A stretch of DNA of 46,060 nucleotides from Candidatus Poseidoniales archaeon (GTDB lineage: Archaea > Thermoplasmatota > Poseidoniia > Poseidoniales > Poseidoniaceae). A program made the translations under genes and the position numbers. Location of the stretch: the NCBI GenBank assembly GCA_003602635.1, contig QQSJ01000039.1:1-46060 (forward strand), read 5' to 3'. The notes under the pieces were generated by a model that was not told the origin of the DNA, ran no database searches, and saw nothing but the letters and a program-made list of their open reading frames with translations. This document shows, one piece after another, positions 17,101-26,384 of this stretch; within the stretch, counting starts at the first letter, position 1, and each line of letters begins with the position of its first letter.

Positions 17101-19590
17101 AGATTCATCGTCCCATGACCAGTTCACGAGGGTGGGAATCCTGATGCGGGTGATGCTGTCTGAGACCGCGGTGGAGGTGCAGTTGCCGGCATCGAAATGG
17201 ACGATGCCTCCGGCGTCGTTGAGGACGCTGCATTGATCGCCACGTTCCCATCGGACGGTCGGATCTTCGCCGTGGGAATGCTGGAGGGCCACGTCCACGC
17301 GCGTGACGCGGGTCACGTCGTCACCGCGAGCCACGTCCACAACCAGGTCACGATGGGCGCCGTCGGGAGCCAACATGCCGCCCTCCACCGACGCACCGAT
17401 GGCGCGTGTTTGCATGACGTAAGAGACGTCAAGGTTGGAGATCTTGATGCGACCCGGCGAGGCGGCCTTCACCGCGATGGTGACGTCCACTGTTCCATCG
17501 CCGTTGTCGGGCACGGCATCGTTGAAGGCTGAAACAAGGGTCGGGACGTCCTTGACTTCCGTGCCGACCAAACTGTCGTCGCTGGCATCGACGGACGATT
17601 CGTTGAGGAAGAGCAACGATTCCCAATCGTAAGCACCGTCGTCTCCGATGTCGATGCGCGGGCGGTCTGGATAGCCCTCCTCGTATTCGAGCGTGAAGGT
17701 CGAGACGGCAGGGGTCACCGTCACGTCATCCGTCTTCAGCTCGATGAAATACCGGAGTGCGGAACCTGCGGCTTCCGTGGGGAATCCAATTTCTTGACCG
17801 TTGTTCGCCTCGTACCAGTCCGTGCCGTTGTTGTTCGAAACGTACACCGTGATGCTGGTGCCAACGGGCTCGTCGGCGACCCACGTGGGACGAACCTTGC
17901 CGACCTTGGTTCCGGTCGGAATGGGCGGCGAGGTCCAAGAGCCCAGGCTTGTGTATTCGGTGTCGTGTTCGAGTTCAACCCACCATGACACGGCAGAAGA
18001 GCCGATCATCTGGGCTTTCCACACCAGTTCCTTGCCTGGGTGGGCGAAGTGAATGGTCTCGTTCTCGGTGACCGCAGACCAATGCGTCCCGTTGTCGGCA
18101 GAAACCCAGTGATCCACACGGTCGCCAATGGAGGCAGCCGACCAGCCAGAGCGCGTGTTCACAGAGAGCACGTCGTCAGCGGACGTTGTGACCGGGCCGT
18201 ACCACGTCGTGGTCCCCGGTGCAGCGATGGTGTCGTAGGTCCAACCGGTTCCGAATTCTCGGTAGTAAAGCGATTTGCTGCTCCACGTGGAATACCCGCT
18301 GTCCACCGTAACGAATCGGGTTCCGTCCCATTGCAGGCCGTAGCCAAGGCTGGAGATCTCACGGATGCCTGATTGCACCACGAGCGAGGTCGATGTCCCG
18401 CTGATGGACCATGCCTCAAGCGTGTCACGGTCGTTGTAGTAGCTGTCCTTCTGGCAACGCATGTAGAAGGTGTTGCCGTTGACTTCGAGGCCACGGACCA
18501 TTTGGCCTGTCGTCCCGCACTGACCGGTGGTTTGAGCAGAGGACGTGAAGGAATACTTGTCCTCGTTCCTGCTCCAACTGCCGTCTTCGATGTTGTATTC
18601 CACCACACGGCGCTGGCTGTTGTGCACGACCCAGAAAGTGTCGTCTTCACGGTCGTACGCAATCCCCGTGTAATCGCCAAATTGAGGCGACAGGTCGTAG
18701 GACGCCGTGCAGACCCAAACGTCGTCGCGGGACACGTCCAGTTCGAGCAAACGGTGGTATTGCGTGGGTGCCGTCGATCCGGACACCTGCTTGTACCCTG
18801 AGAGGATGGCCAGCAAGCGCTCGTCGTCGGCGAGCGCCCAATCGCGGAAGCCGTACTGTCCGTAGTACGAACTGCTGTGCGTTTGCGGCACCACGCAGGC
18901 CGACGCAGTGGAGTCGATGGAGACGCCCCATGCGCGGGTGAGGTTGTTGGGATAATGGGCCTTCACGACGTTGTTGAGGTTGTTCGAATTCCATGTGGAC
19001 ACAAAGAGCCAGTCGTGGTGCTTCAGCACAGCACCTTGGCCTTGCGCGGTCAGCGTGGTGCTGGTGCGCTGGACCTGTTGTGAGAACCGGGTCTCCGTGG
19101 AGTTCGACGTGTGGGGTTGACGCACGGCGTAGGAGCCGTTGTCGTGCCAAGCCGTCGAAGAGGAATCGATGATCGTGTCAAGGCCGTGCGGGAAGAATTC
19201 CGTGGTCGGGGTCGCCTGTTGCAAGGCGAGGACGGGCGAACGAGCATCGACGCCAGCCCCCTCACCGGCCAGCCATTGTTCCGTGGTGCTGGTCGAGGTC
19301 GAGGACCAGCCGGTGGAACTTGCACCGGACAAGGTCATGCTCACGTCCACCACTTCGGCACCGACGGGCAAGCGAACGCTTGCGCCGGTGTCGGGGTTTG
19401 CGCCCTGGTAGAGGGCGACATATTCGGTGGAACCGTCGCTGAAACCGTAGGCGTGGCGGGCCACGCCGGACGCTTCAGCGTTGGGCGCCATGGACGTCAA
19501 CAACGGCGATGCGGACATCAGCATCATGAGCAGCGTCAACATCATCGCAGGCGCGAATGATTTGCGTGACGTCATGCGAACATCCACCAT
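14146..19590 (-). CDS. Giant cell-surface protein (~1814 aa), N-terminal signal peptide, C-terminal TM anchor and Pro-rich cytoplasmic tail
   Basis: Uninterrupted ORF. The track start at 19620 is TTG; ATG candidates are 19590 (MVDVRMTSRK...) and 19575. Signal-like FAPAMMLTLLMMLMSASPLLTSMAPNAEA. Possible beta-propeller-like N-terminal region, then Ig-like modules with many N-x-S/T sequons. TM helix FSLFLYVITMISVSAAVWMLVMY (about 14479..14547), then a 110-aa Pro-rich tail ending LPAGWTEEQWAHYGWSFLDAL. Confidence 0.8.
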   Translation of the reverse strand: MVDVRMTSRKSFAPAMMLTLLMMLMSASPLLTSMAPNAEASGVARHAYGFSDGSTEYVALYQGANPDTGASVRLPVGAEVVDVSMTLSGASSTGWSSTSTSTTEQWLAGEGAGVDARSPVLALQQATPTTEFFPHGLDTIIDSSSTAWHDNGSYAVRQPHTSNSTETRFSQQVQRTSTTLTAQGQGAVLKHHDWLFVSTWNSNNLNNVVKAHYPNNLTRAWGVSIDSTASACVVPQTHSSSYYGQYGFRDWALADDERLLAILSGYKQVSGSTAPTQYHRLLELDVSRDDVWVCTASYDLSPQFGDYTGIAYDREDDTFWVVHNSQRRVVEYNIEDGSWSRNEDKYSFTSSAQTTGQCGTTGQMVRGLEVNGNTFYMRCQKDSYYNDRDTLEAWSISGTSTSLVVQSGIREISSLGYGLQWDGTRFVTVDSGYSTWSSKSLYYREFGTGWTYDTIAAPGTTTWYGPVTTSADDVLSVNTRSGWSAASIGDRVDHWVSADNGTHWSAVTENETIHFAHPGKELVWKAQMIGSSAVSWWVELEHDTEYTSLGSWTSPPIPTGTKVGKVRPTWVADEPVGTSITVYVSNNNGTDWYEANNGQEIGFPTEAAGSALRYFIELKTDDVTVTPAVSTFTLEYEEGYPDRPRIDIGDDGAYDWESLLFLNESSVDASDDSLVGTEVKDVPTLVSAFNDAVPDNGDGTVDVTIAVKAASPGRIKISNLDVSYVMQTRAIGASVEGGMLAPDGAHRDLVVDVARGDDVTRVTRVDVALQHSHGEDPTVRWERGDQCSVLNDAGGIVHFDAGNCTSTAVSDSITRIRIPTLVNWSWDDESSMEANITVIDPIGEQVTDWTTSNLDVRVENDVQLDGLRVYDETGRELYPLDWVRGGYNLSFAGKIYFQGSQLSPLGGEFDLRVLGQNVTYDGDAIGEPVVLATTTNPAFGEYNITLQSPIESAPGGMVFYVEAVNLANGSTFTNPGYNTIRLTLDGNSPLVLSSDPMDGVELHAATAQPISIVIQDSVDPPNQISLHYWLGCKASQAIGCTDYNFDGLPQAEEYELKTVSSPEIRAGGLNIFETSIDDSMLVHGQRVSYYITGKDPQDNVVAMGGGPVCPEDLGAQNCGTRGASEVPPDWNADLVTYTVREEFQPELDAANSTIVGHDDESPLHPGVPYTAQITLSDGNGWQDIQQVQFALGGDFDDDDTSIFISLAPDADGLPVAEMSTGGEFLAVSNLYSSVQLDAEDPNRIIISALFQLTWSFPESFDTDGESFIRPKLQVTDQPCGLEPDVPCYEVDASLGDNWWSLDNDFRFDTERGHIRAVELRDGTNHYNDEFDESIIGAGQALRVTGRVLFSEDETPAPAGAFDVTFGDYDHIWVTSPRTDGEFSLDLLVPGIRSGYLDLKLGLDDLPGLAEDQTELVPRVRFIVDSTPPSLAAVSLSRIEAGQDLPIGQAHDLLVQLETLDDHGFDTDESAVLHYRVRAGEAEISRGALELPDTTPFGEQFFWSGNLDLTDGGATTLLPTYMVDVWVSGSDAAGNPFDTSSNTVETPFATWPLSLIGPSIDLPSAAALWDNPSPAPNQAAVLDVQASNEGGTGEVSFVLQRRQDAGFWAEIAREDLTAAANADVQVQLEVMADGEVGDRLEHRLLLLVDGVEADRMPVAPLLLTEDVARDGDALREDLGEQRFSLFLYVITMISVSAAVWMLVMYRRMKYGDEEVGSEDQTKAVIATMDTAPKALPALADLPPPSGLNVESATPLPPGLVMPTSEPELMAAPEPAPAPLTTDDPRGLPPKPPTGLPAGWTEEQWAHYGWSFLDAL

Positions 19591-19639
19591 GCGCCGAAGA
19601 CGTTTGGCTGAGCATTTCAATGATGCCCTGTCATGGGCT

Positions 19640-22600
19640 TCAAGAGGTCAAACGGGAGTCGTAGCGGAGCGGGGAAGAATCGCCCCTGACGCCGTCCCGT
19701 TCGTCGTCGTTGACCTCGAACCAGTCCACAACCCAGTCACCGTCGGTGTCCCAATTCATCGGATCCGTGCCTTCTGCCACGTGATCGTCATCGAAATCGA
19801 CCATGTACCAGCCCAATTCGTGTTCACCAACGCTCCGAACGGGGCTGGTTTGGGGCGACCCAGTGTAGAAAATATCCCATGCGTCCGTCCGGTTTCCAGC
19901 GGCCAGCACCTCGTCGTCCGTTTCGTCAATGATCAGGAAGTCCTGGTCCTTGTCGTCGAGGATCCACACGAAGCGTTGGTCGGACGTGCCAAGTTGGTCC
20001 ATTTTCAGGTAGTTTCGGACGTTCTCATCCCATGACCCGAGGCCCAACAGGTGGGCGCGAAGTTGCCACCCCTCGGTGATGCCTTCGCCGTTGTGCACCA
20101 ACCCTGCAAGCCGCGCTGCATTGGGTGATGACAGCAACGGATCGGTGATGGCGAAAAATTCCTGGAAGGCCGTGTAGGCGGTGTAAACGCAACCTGCACC
20201 GGAGCAGTCCCAATTGCCGTCTTGATCGTGGTCTTCGTTGGCGTCCGTGGCGTCGCGCGGATCCATGGTGAACCACGTGAACGCGAGGTTTGGTCGTGCC
20301 AGAGAACCGCTGTCGATGGACAGCGGCCGGCATGAATTGGTGTCGGTGGTGCAGGACCCACCGGTGGTGGTGTCGATCCACTGCACACGAATCTGCAACC
20401 AAGAGGAGTAGTTGTCGTTGGTCTCGTTCCACCCCTTGGCGTGTTCGTACCAGTCAGGGATCATGTCACCGTCGGTGTCGTTGTCCATCGGATTCGTGCC
20501 GTACTTGAACACCTCACGGCCGTCGGTCAAGTTGTAATCTCGCTCATGCGCAACCACTTGGCCGTTTTCGACCGTCGTCTTGTAGGCGATGCTGTCGCCG
20601 TCGGTGTCGTTGAGATCTGGGCGTGTTCCGTTTTCGTACTCCATCCAATTCGTGAACGGAAGATCGCCAACCCCTTGCTGAATCGTGTCGCCTGTGGCAG
20701 AGAAGGTTCTGCTCGACCACGAGCCGAGCGGGGCTGGTACATCGAAGAACGTTCGGTCGTACCAACCGTCGCTGTCACCGTCATGGTTGACGTCGTAGGG
20801 ATTGAGCGGATTCGCCGCCCAGCGGAGAGCAGTTGACGGGTCCGGCATGTCGTAGCGCGCGTAGCAGTATTCCCATCCGTCGGGAATCCCGTCGCTGTCG
20901 GAGTCGGGGTGCGTTGGGTCAGCCACGCCGAGCAAGGTTCGGTTGAAATTGTTGGAATCAAGGCCGTTGATCGCCAACATCCGGTCCGCGCTTTCCGGCC
21001 CTTTCGCGACGAAATCATCGTACAGCGCAGCCCGAGCAAAGAAGGCCGACAAGCCCGCCTCGCTCATGTACGCTGACATGGCGTCTTCGCCGAAGGAAAC
21101 CACACCGACCTCGACGGGCACGGTGAATCTGGCGATGTATTTGCCCCACGTTCTGGCTTCCCATTCCCGGAGATTGCTGAAGGTTTCATTGGCGTCGATT
21201 TGGCCGTCACCGTTGCAGTCCCAGCTGTCGCCGTCCGAGTCGAGGTTGACGTCTGAATCAATGAGTGGGTTCATGCCCCATCGGTTCTCTTCCAAGTCCC
21301 ATGACGTGAACCAGTACTCGAATCCGTCGTTCATGCCGTCGTCGTCGGTGTCCTCGTTGGTAGGATCGCTGAGACCCATCAAGAAGGTGATGAACTCCGA
21401 AGCAACTTCTCCTTGCTGCCAGCTGTTGAAATCCGCCAAGTAGCGCTTCCCACGGGTGTCTTTGTCGATGAGGATGCGGAAGATGCGTTGCGCCTTTTCG
21501 TTGGGCTGTTGGTTGTCCCCGTCGATGGAGAAGAGGGGCGCATCGGCCGGGTGCACCTCGCCGTTGTCGGGTTGTTCGAAGGCCAAGGCCAATTCCTGCC
21601 GATCGAGCAAACCGTCGCCGTCGGCGTCGAAATCTCCGTCACCGGCGACCAACGGATTGAGGGTCCACGTTTGGGCGGATTCGTTCCAGGCCGTGAAGAG
21701 GACTTCCATGCCGTCGATGATGCCATCACCGTCGGTGTCAGGGTTGTTGGGATCTGCGGTTGGACCGCTGCTGTTCAAGACGGCCTCGGACACAAAGGAG
21801 CCGAAGGATTCGCTGACCAGGATGGTGGGCCATTGCTGCAAGGTCGGTGCCGTTCCAATGGTGGTCACGAAGAATTGGGGGCTGGACTGGACGTTGGCCA
21901 AGACGTTCAGCGCCGGGTCAATCGCGTTGTATTCTTCCCAGTTGGTCATGCCGTCGTTGTCGGCGTCGAGGAAGCGGTCGGTGCGGTCGATGGGGTTGAG
22001 CGTCCAACGGTCCTCAAGCACCGCCCAGCGTGCGAAGTGGATTTCCCAACCGTCGGGCATCCCATCGCTGTCGCTGTCCGGGTCGAGCGGGTCCGTAGAT
22101 CCAACAGCGGTTGGCACCGCCGTGGCCAAGGTGGCCAAATCCGCGTCGTCGATGAAGCCGTGCGCTGGTTCATCGCCGAGCAACATGCCTTGGAAGAGGG
22201 TCAAATCGAGGCCTTCTGGAAGTTCATAGGGCGCGAAACTGACGGCACCGTCCACGACATCGAGGTCCTTGAGGTGGAACTCAAGCCAGTTCACGTAGGC
22301 CTCGCCTGGGGCGAGTTCGCCGTCGAGGTTGACGTCAAACCCGTCACCGTCGGGATTGCCGAGGGCGTCGCTGCCGTTCAGGGGATTGACGCCAACGCGC
22401 ATCGGGTCGTAGGAACACAATCCGCCGGCTTCCCAACCGTCGGTCATCGTGTCGCCGTCGGAGTCGGGGTTGTTGGGGTCGGCTTCGACCCACAACGCTG
22501 CAGCGTCGGGCGATTCACCGTGGGTGTCGAACAGATCGCCCTTCATGGCCAGACCTTGCATCACGCTCCACTGGTATTCACAGATGTTCGCAAGACCGTC

Positions 22601-25393
22601 GCGGTCTGCGTCCCACAAGGCGTCGTCTGCGCGCATTGGATCGAGGGTCCAATTGTTGCCACCGTCGAAACTGGTGCCGACCCAACGGCGATGCTCGAGC
22701 TCCCAACCGTCGGGCATGCCGTCTCCGTCAGAGTCAGGATTGGTGGGGTCCGTGGCCGTGTCCGTGGGCGCGTTGTCGAGGTAGGTTTGGTTGGCAGCCG
22801 CCCCAACGGCGCTGTCACAGATGTAGGTCATTTGGAAGTCGTAGTAGCACCAGAGCGTGCTCGTGGAAAGGTGGAACGCGTGGACTTCAGCGCCGTCCGT
22901 GGCCCCGTCCATGTCGGTGTCCGGGTTAGAGGGATCCGTGCTGTCGTATCCGCCTGATGTGATGGCGATGTACCGGTATTCGTCGAGGTTGCTCCACAGA
23001 CGGTCGTCGGCGAACCCATCGAGGTCCTTGTCCAAACCATCACCATCAGGATCCAAGACGGCATCCCAAGGGTCGGTTGGGTCCAAACCGTGAATCAATT
23101 CCCAGCCGTCGGTCATGCCGTCGAAGTCTGAATCATTGCTCACGGGCGACATCAGCGCCTGATTGGCAAATCGGCCAGGCGCTGCCCCGCCGAGGACACG
23201 GAGCACACCGTCCACTTCGACGGTGGCCAGCGAGGCCAGTTCACCGGGAAGAAGGGCTTGTTCTCGAGCGCCATAGGTGGCCTCTCGACCACCGTCAACC
23301 GCCCAGAGACCCCAGGCGCTCCCAACCAGAAGCGCGTCGTCCAGGACCAGCATGCTGTGAACGTCGTCGGCCCCAACAATGGAGCGTCCGTCTTGACCGG
23401 GATGGACCAAATCCCCGCCGTGTGAAATGGTCAGCGTGCGGAGGTCCATGCGGTGCACACCCGATGGCATCGCCATCCAGAGGGTGTCAAGCTGGTCTGC
23501 ACCCGCGCCGTCAAGCACCAGATCGCGAACCTCTGCAGGTGCATCACCGACGTTCGCGCCAATGGGGCGCAGGGGGTCGAGGTTGCGGTCGATGACCGTC
23601 GTTTCGAACGCGAAGTGGAAAAGCCACGTGCCGTTGAGGCTGAGGTCACGGGCCGAGGCGGTTTCGAAGACCACCAAGCCCCTGTCCGTGCCGACGAAGA
23701 GCGTGGGGATTCCGTCGACGCCGGGGGCATGCGCCAGAGCGGTCACCGTGGCGTTGGTCTCGTCGAGCGCATCACGGATTCCGACGCTGAGGTCACCGAT
23801 GACGTCGCCGGTGGGCTGAAGATCGGCTCCGAGGGTCCACACGCCACCCTGTCCGTTGGCGCCCAGCGCGAGGACGTGGAGGCTTGAGCCATCGAGGTTC
23901 AACACGACGGCGCGTTCCAACGACGGAGCCTCAAGATGACTCCACGTTTCCATCGGCGCGAGCATCCCATCGTCAAGCAAGGGGATGATTTGAAGTCCGC
24001 TTGTGGAGGTCACTGCGAAGCCTTCGAAGGATCCATCGACGTTCAACGGCACCATGTCCGTGAGCCGCGTTGCATGCGGCCACCACACGTCGGTGCTGCT
24101 GTCTTCGGCCGCGTCCCAGTGGGTGATGCCGTGGCGGGTCATGACGTACACGTCTTGGTCATGCACATGCAGATCACGCACGTCGTGATGAAGGGTGGCG
24201 ACATTGGCGGTGGGCGATGCCATCCGTACGGGAACTTCGACCCATGTGTCGTTCGCGCCAAAGGCCACGTGCTTCAGACCAGAGCGGACCACGTTGCCCA
24301 TGTCGTCGTGCACGAGGTACTCTTCGTAGGACGACAAGGCTTCGCCGAGCGAAACACCGGTTTCCGTCGTCACCGGGTCACCGGTGACGTAGCCGTCACG
24401 GTCCTCGTCCCATCCGTCTTGATCCACGTCGATGAGGGCGTTGGATCGGTTCAGAGGGTCAAGGCCGAAGTGGACCTCCCAACCGTCAGGAAGTCCGTCA
24501 CCGAAGGAAGGGAACGTGCGCCCAAGGCTGACGCCGTTCCACGCGCGATGATCGCTGTCGGAGTTGAGTGGATTGGTTCCGAGCCACAGGTCTTCGTCGA
24601 AGGTGCCCGTGCTGTTCGTGGTGCAGGCAGCGAGCAGGTTGGCGAAGGTCATGTTGGCCGAGGTGGAAATGTAGGGCCAGTCGTCAAATGGCCCACCATC
24701 GGGGAGGCTGGCCACGCACCACAAGCCGTCCAACTCGTCCACGTGGAAGGGAGGCATGCCGTGCCGGTATTCCTCTGCAGAGGTGTACATCTCGTTCGCA
24801 TCAATGATGCCGTTGCGGTCGACGTCGAACCCGTCTTCGTCTGGGTCCTCTGCTCCCTCGCTGGCGTTCAGCGGGTCGAAGCGTGGGCACCGAAAGACCA
24901 TGTCCACGGCGTTGTACCCGCCCGACTGCAGGCACATCCACGCCTCGAAACCGTCTGGGAGGCCGTCACCGTCGGTGTCCGAAACACGAGGATCGAGGTA
25001 ACTGCGTTCCCCGTCTTCATCGAGCAAACCGGTCAGTCCGCGTGGGAAGCCGGGCGAGGTGCAGTTGGCGGGATACGGCCAGCAGTATTCCTCCGTGGCG
25101 TTGAGACCGTCCCGGTCAAGGTCGTATTTGGCGTCCCGGGCGTCGTCGCGGTCGAGGCCAGGGATGACGATCATCCGTCCGTCGGCCGTGGTTTGGTTCA
25201 CCCAGTCCTCGAACAAATTCTCGTGCACGTCTGGGATGAGGTCCCCGTCGCTGTCGGTGACGGGGGGCGCTTCCCCGGTCGCTTCGTTCGGGTTGTTGGA
25301 CGCCACCGGAGACAGCGCAGGGAACTGCGACATGAACAGGAGACCTGCCACGACGGCCAAGGTGATGAGCAGGGTGCTCTGACTTCGGCGCAT
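19640..25393 (-). CDS. Giant secreted Ca-binding protein (~1917 aa) with many thrombospondin type-3-like Asp-rich repeats and a central propeller-like region
   Basis: ATG at 25393 (MRRSQSTLLITLAVVAGLLFMSQFPALSPVASN, signal peptide); the track start at 25414 is GTG. There are at least 12 copies of D-x-D-x-D-G-x-x-D-G-[WF]-E units (NPDSDGDGMPDGWELE, DPDSDSDGMPDGWEIHF, NPDTDGDGIIDGMEV, HPDSDSDGIPDGWEY, DNDTDGDMIPDWYE ...). The central segment has Reg_prop-like blades (LFVGTDRGLVVFE, LWMAMPSGVHRMD, LLVGSAWGLWAVD). There is no C-terminal TM helix. Confidence 0.85.
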   Translation of the reverse strand: MRRSQSTLLITLAVVAGLLFMSQFPALSPVASNNPNEATGEAPPVTDSDGDLIPDVHENLFEDWVNQTTADGRMIVIPGLDRDDARDAKYDLDRDGLNATEEYCWPYPANCTSPGFPRGLTGLLDEDGERSYLDPRVSDTDGDGLPDGFEAWMCLQSGGYNAVDMVFRCPRFDPLNASEGAEDPDEDGFDVDRNGIIDANEMYTSAEEYRHGMPPFHVDELDGLWCVASLPDGGPFDDWPYISTSANMTFANLLAACTTNSTGTFDEDLWLGTNPLNSDSDHRAWNGVSLGRTFPSFGDGLPDGWEVHFGLDPLNRSNALIDVDQDGWDEDRDGYVTGDPVTTETGVSLGEALSSYEEYLVHDDMGNVVRSGLKHVAFGANDTWVEVPVRMASPTANVATLHHDVRDLHVHDQDVYVMTRHGITHWDAAEDSSTDVWWPHATRLTDMVPLNVDGSFEGFAVTSTSGLQIIPLLDDGMLAPMETWSHLEAPSLERAVVLNLDGSSLHVLALGANGQGGVWTLGADLQPTGDVIGDLSVGIRDALDETNATVTALAHAPGVDGIPTLFVGTDRGLVVFETASARDLSLNGTWLFHFAFETTVIDRNLDPLRPIGANVGDAPAEVRDLVLDGAGADQLDTLWMAMPSGVHRMDLRTLTISHGGDLVHPGQDGRSIVGADDVHSMLVLDDALLVGSAWGLWAVDGGREATYGAREQALLPGELASLATVEVDGVLRVLGGAAPGRFANQALMSPVSNDSDFDGMTDGWELIHGLDPTDPWDAVLDPDGDGLDKDLDGFADDRLWSNLDEYRYIAITSGGYDSTDPSNPDTDMDGATDGAEVHAFHLSTSTLWCYYDFQMTYICDSAVGAAANQTYLDNAPTDTATDPTNPDSDGDGMPDGWELEHRRWVGTSFDGGNNWTLDPMRADDALWDADRDGLANICEYQWSVMQGLAMKGDLFDTHGESPDAAALWVEADPNNPDSDGDTMTDGWEAGGLCSYDPMRVGVNPLNGSDALGNPDGDGFDVNLDGELAPGEAYVNWLEFHLKDLDVVDGAVSFAPYELPEGLDLTLFQGMLLGDEPAHGFIDDADLATLATAVPTAVGSTDPLDPDSDSDGMPDGWEIHFARWAVLEDRWTLNPIDRTDRFLDADNDGMTNWEEYNAIDPALNVLANVQSSPQFFVTTIGTAPTLQQWPTILVSESFGSFVSEAVLNSSGPTADPNNPDTDGDGIIDGMEVLFTAWNESAQTWTLNPLVAGDGDFDADGDGLLDRQELALAFEQPDNGEVHPADAPLFSIDGDNQQPNEKAQRIFRILIDKDTRGKRYLADFNSWQQGEVASEFITFLMGLSDPTNEDTDDDGMNDGFEYWFTSWDLEENRWGMNPLIDSDVNLDSDGDSWDCNGDGQIDANETFSNLREWEARTWGKYIARFTVPVEVGVVSFGEDAMSAYMSEAGLSAFFARAALYDDFVAKGPESADRMLAINGLDSNNFNRTLLGVADPTHPDSDSDGIPDGWEYCYARYDMPDPSTALRWAANPLNPYDVNHDGDSDGWYDRTFFDVPAPLGSWSSRTFSATGDTIQQGVGDLPFTNWMEYENGTRPDLNDTDGDSIAYKTTVENGQVVAHERDYNLTDGREVFKYGTNPMDNDTDGDMIPDWYEHAKGWNETNDNYSSWLQIRVQWIDTTTGGSCTTDTNSCRPLSIDSGSLARPNLAFTWFTMDPRDATDANEDHDQDGNWDCSGAGCVYTAYTAFQEFFAITDPLLSSPNAARLAGLVHNGEGITEGWQLRAHLLGLGSWDENVRNYLKMDQLGTSDQRFVWILDDKDQDFLIIDETDDEVLAAGNRTDAWDIFYTGSPQTSPVRSVGEHELGWYMVDFDDDHVAEGTDPMNWDTDGDWVVDWFEVNDDERDGVRGDSSPLRYDSRLTS
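19715..25261 (-). repeat. Dispersed ~40-nt coding repeats (TSP3-like Asp-rich units) within the giant gene
   Basis: Plus-strand copies include tcccaaccgtcgggcatcccatcgctgtcgctgtccggg (from ~22044), tcccaaccgtcggtcatcgtgtcgccgtcggagtcgggg (22431), tcccaaccgtcgggcatgccgtctccgtcagagtcagg (22701) and tcccatccgtcgggaatcccgtcgctgtcggagtcgggg (20871). More diverged copies lie near 19715, 20447, 21310, 21700, 23098, 24477, 24945 and 25223. Confidence 0.75.
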
Positions 25394-25524
25394 GGATGAC
25401 CCTCTGCCGAGCACCCTCGACGCTTTCTTTGCCCTCTGCGACGCTTAAGAGGGTGGTGGAGCGGTGTTCCGACGATGATTCGACCGCGAGGTTCATTGAC
25501 GCTCGCCGACGGCGCAATCAAGGC

Positions 25525-26361
25525 ATGAGCCTGCGCATCACGCATCTTGGTTCGGGAAGCAAGGGCAACGCCACCTTGCTGGAGACCGAGCAGGTGCGTG
25601 TTTTGGTGGACCAAGGGTTCAGCGGCGCTTCCCTTGAGCGCCGCCTCAAGCTTCTCGACCTCCATCCAAGTGACTTGGACGCCATCCTGATCACCCATCA
25701 TCACGGCGACCACGGTGGTGGCGCCTTGATCGCTCAACGGCGATGGGGGCTGTGCGTCCATGCCAACGCCCGCACGGCAGAAGAATTGGGGTTGATTACG
25801 GAGCTGTGGCGGCCGTTTGTGTCGCTCGAAGCCATCCAACTCGGTCCAGATTTGGCGATGTTGCCCGTTCCTGTCCCCCACAGTGGAGCAGACAACGTAG
25901 CCTTCATTGCCAGTCATCAAGGGCGCAGGGCCGCCTTCATCACCGATCTTGGTTCGTGGACCGACGAACTGGCCCGCCACGTGCGCGGTTGTGAACACAT
26001 TTCGGTCGAAGCCAACTACGACAGTCGCCTGCTCGAACAAGGCCCATACCCCCGTTCGCTCAAGGAGCGGATCAGCGGACGAGGCGGCCACTTGTCGAAC
26101 GAACAAACCGGCGCCTTCCTGGCTGAAGTCGTCACGGATGCAACGGCCTCCATCACCCTCACCCACCTTTCCGACATGAACAACCGACCCCACTTGGCAG
26201 AGTCGACCGTGCTCTACTACCTTGACGAACGCTTCCAGGGTGACATCCACTTGTCCATGCAAGACGGCCCCGAATTCAGCGTTTTTTTGGGCGACCCGGC
26301 GGACGTGCAAAAGGCTCCAGAAGACCACGCAGCCCTCAGCCTCCAACGTGAAGGCTCATAG
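25525..26361 (+). CDS. Metallo-beta-lactamase-fold hydrolase (YycJ/PhnP-like)
   Basis: ATG at 25525 verified. Starts MSLRITHLGSGSKGNATLLE..., contains ILITHHHGDHGGG (HxHxDH motif), then later H/D ligands and HLS near the C-terminus. The upstream 43 codons of the track ORF are rejected. Confidence 0.8.
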   Translation: MSLRITHLGSGSKGNATLLETEQVRVLVDQGFSGASLERRLKLLDLHPSDLDAILITHHHGDHGGGALIAQRRWGLCVHANARTAEELGLITELWRPFVSLEAIQLGPDLAMLPVPVPHSGADNVAFIASHQGRRAAFITDLGSWTDELARHVRGCEHISVEANYDSRLLEQGPYPRSLKERISGRGGHLSNEQTGAFLAEVVTDATASITLTHLSDMNNRPHLAESTVLYYLDERFQGDIHLSMQDGPEFSVFLGDPADVQKAPEDHAALSLQREGS

Positions 26362-26384
26362 ACGGATGCAGCGGTCCTCGACCC

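Noticed and set aside
21413-25399. Plus-strand ORFs of 514 aa (21413..22957), 487 aa (23936..25399), 257 aa and others inside the TSP3-repeat giant.
   Set aside because: They are antisense shadows of the minus-strand gene. The minus frame encodes coherent D-x-D-x-D-G repeats and a signal peptide, while the plus frames give Gly/Val/Arg-rich strings.
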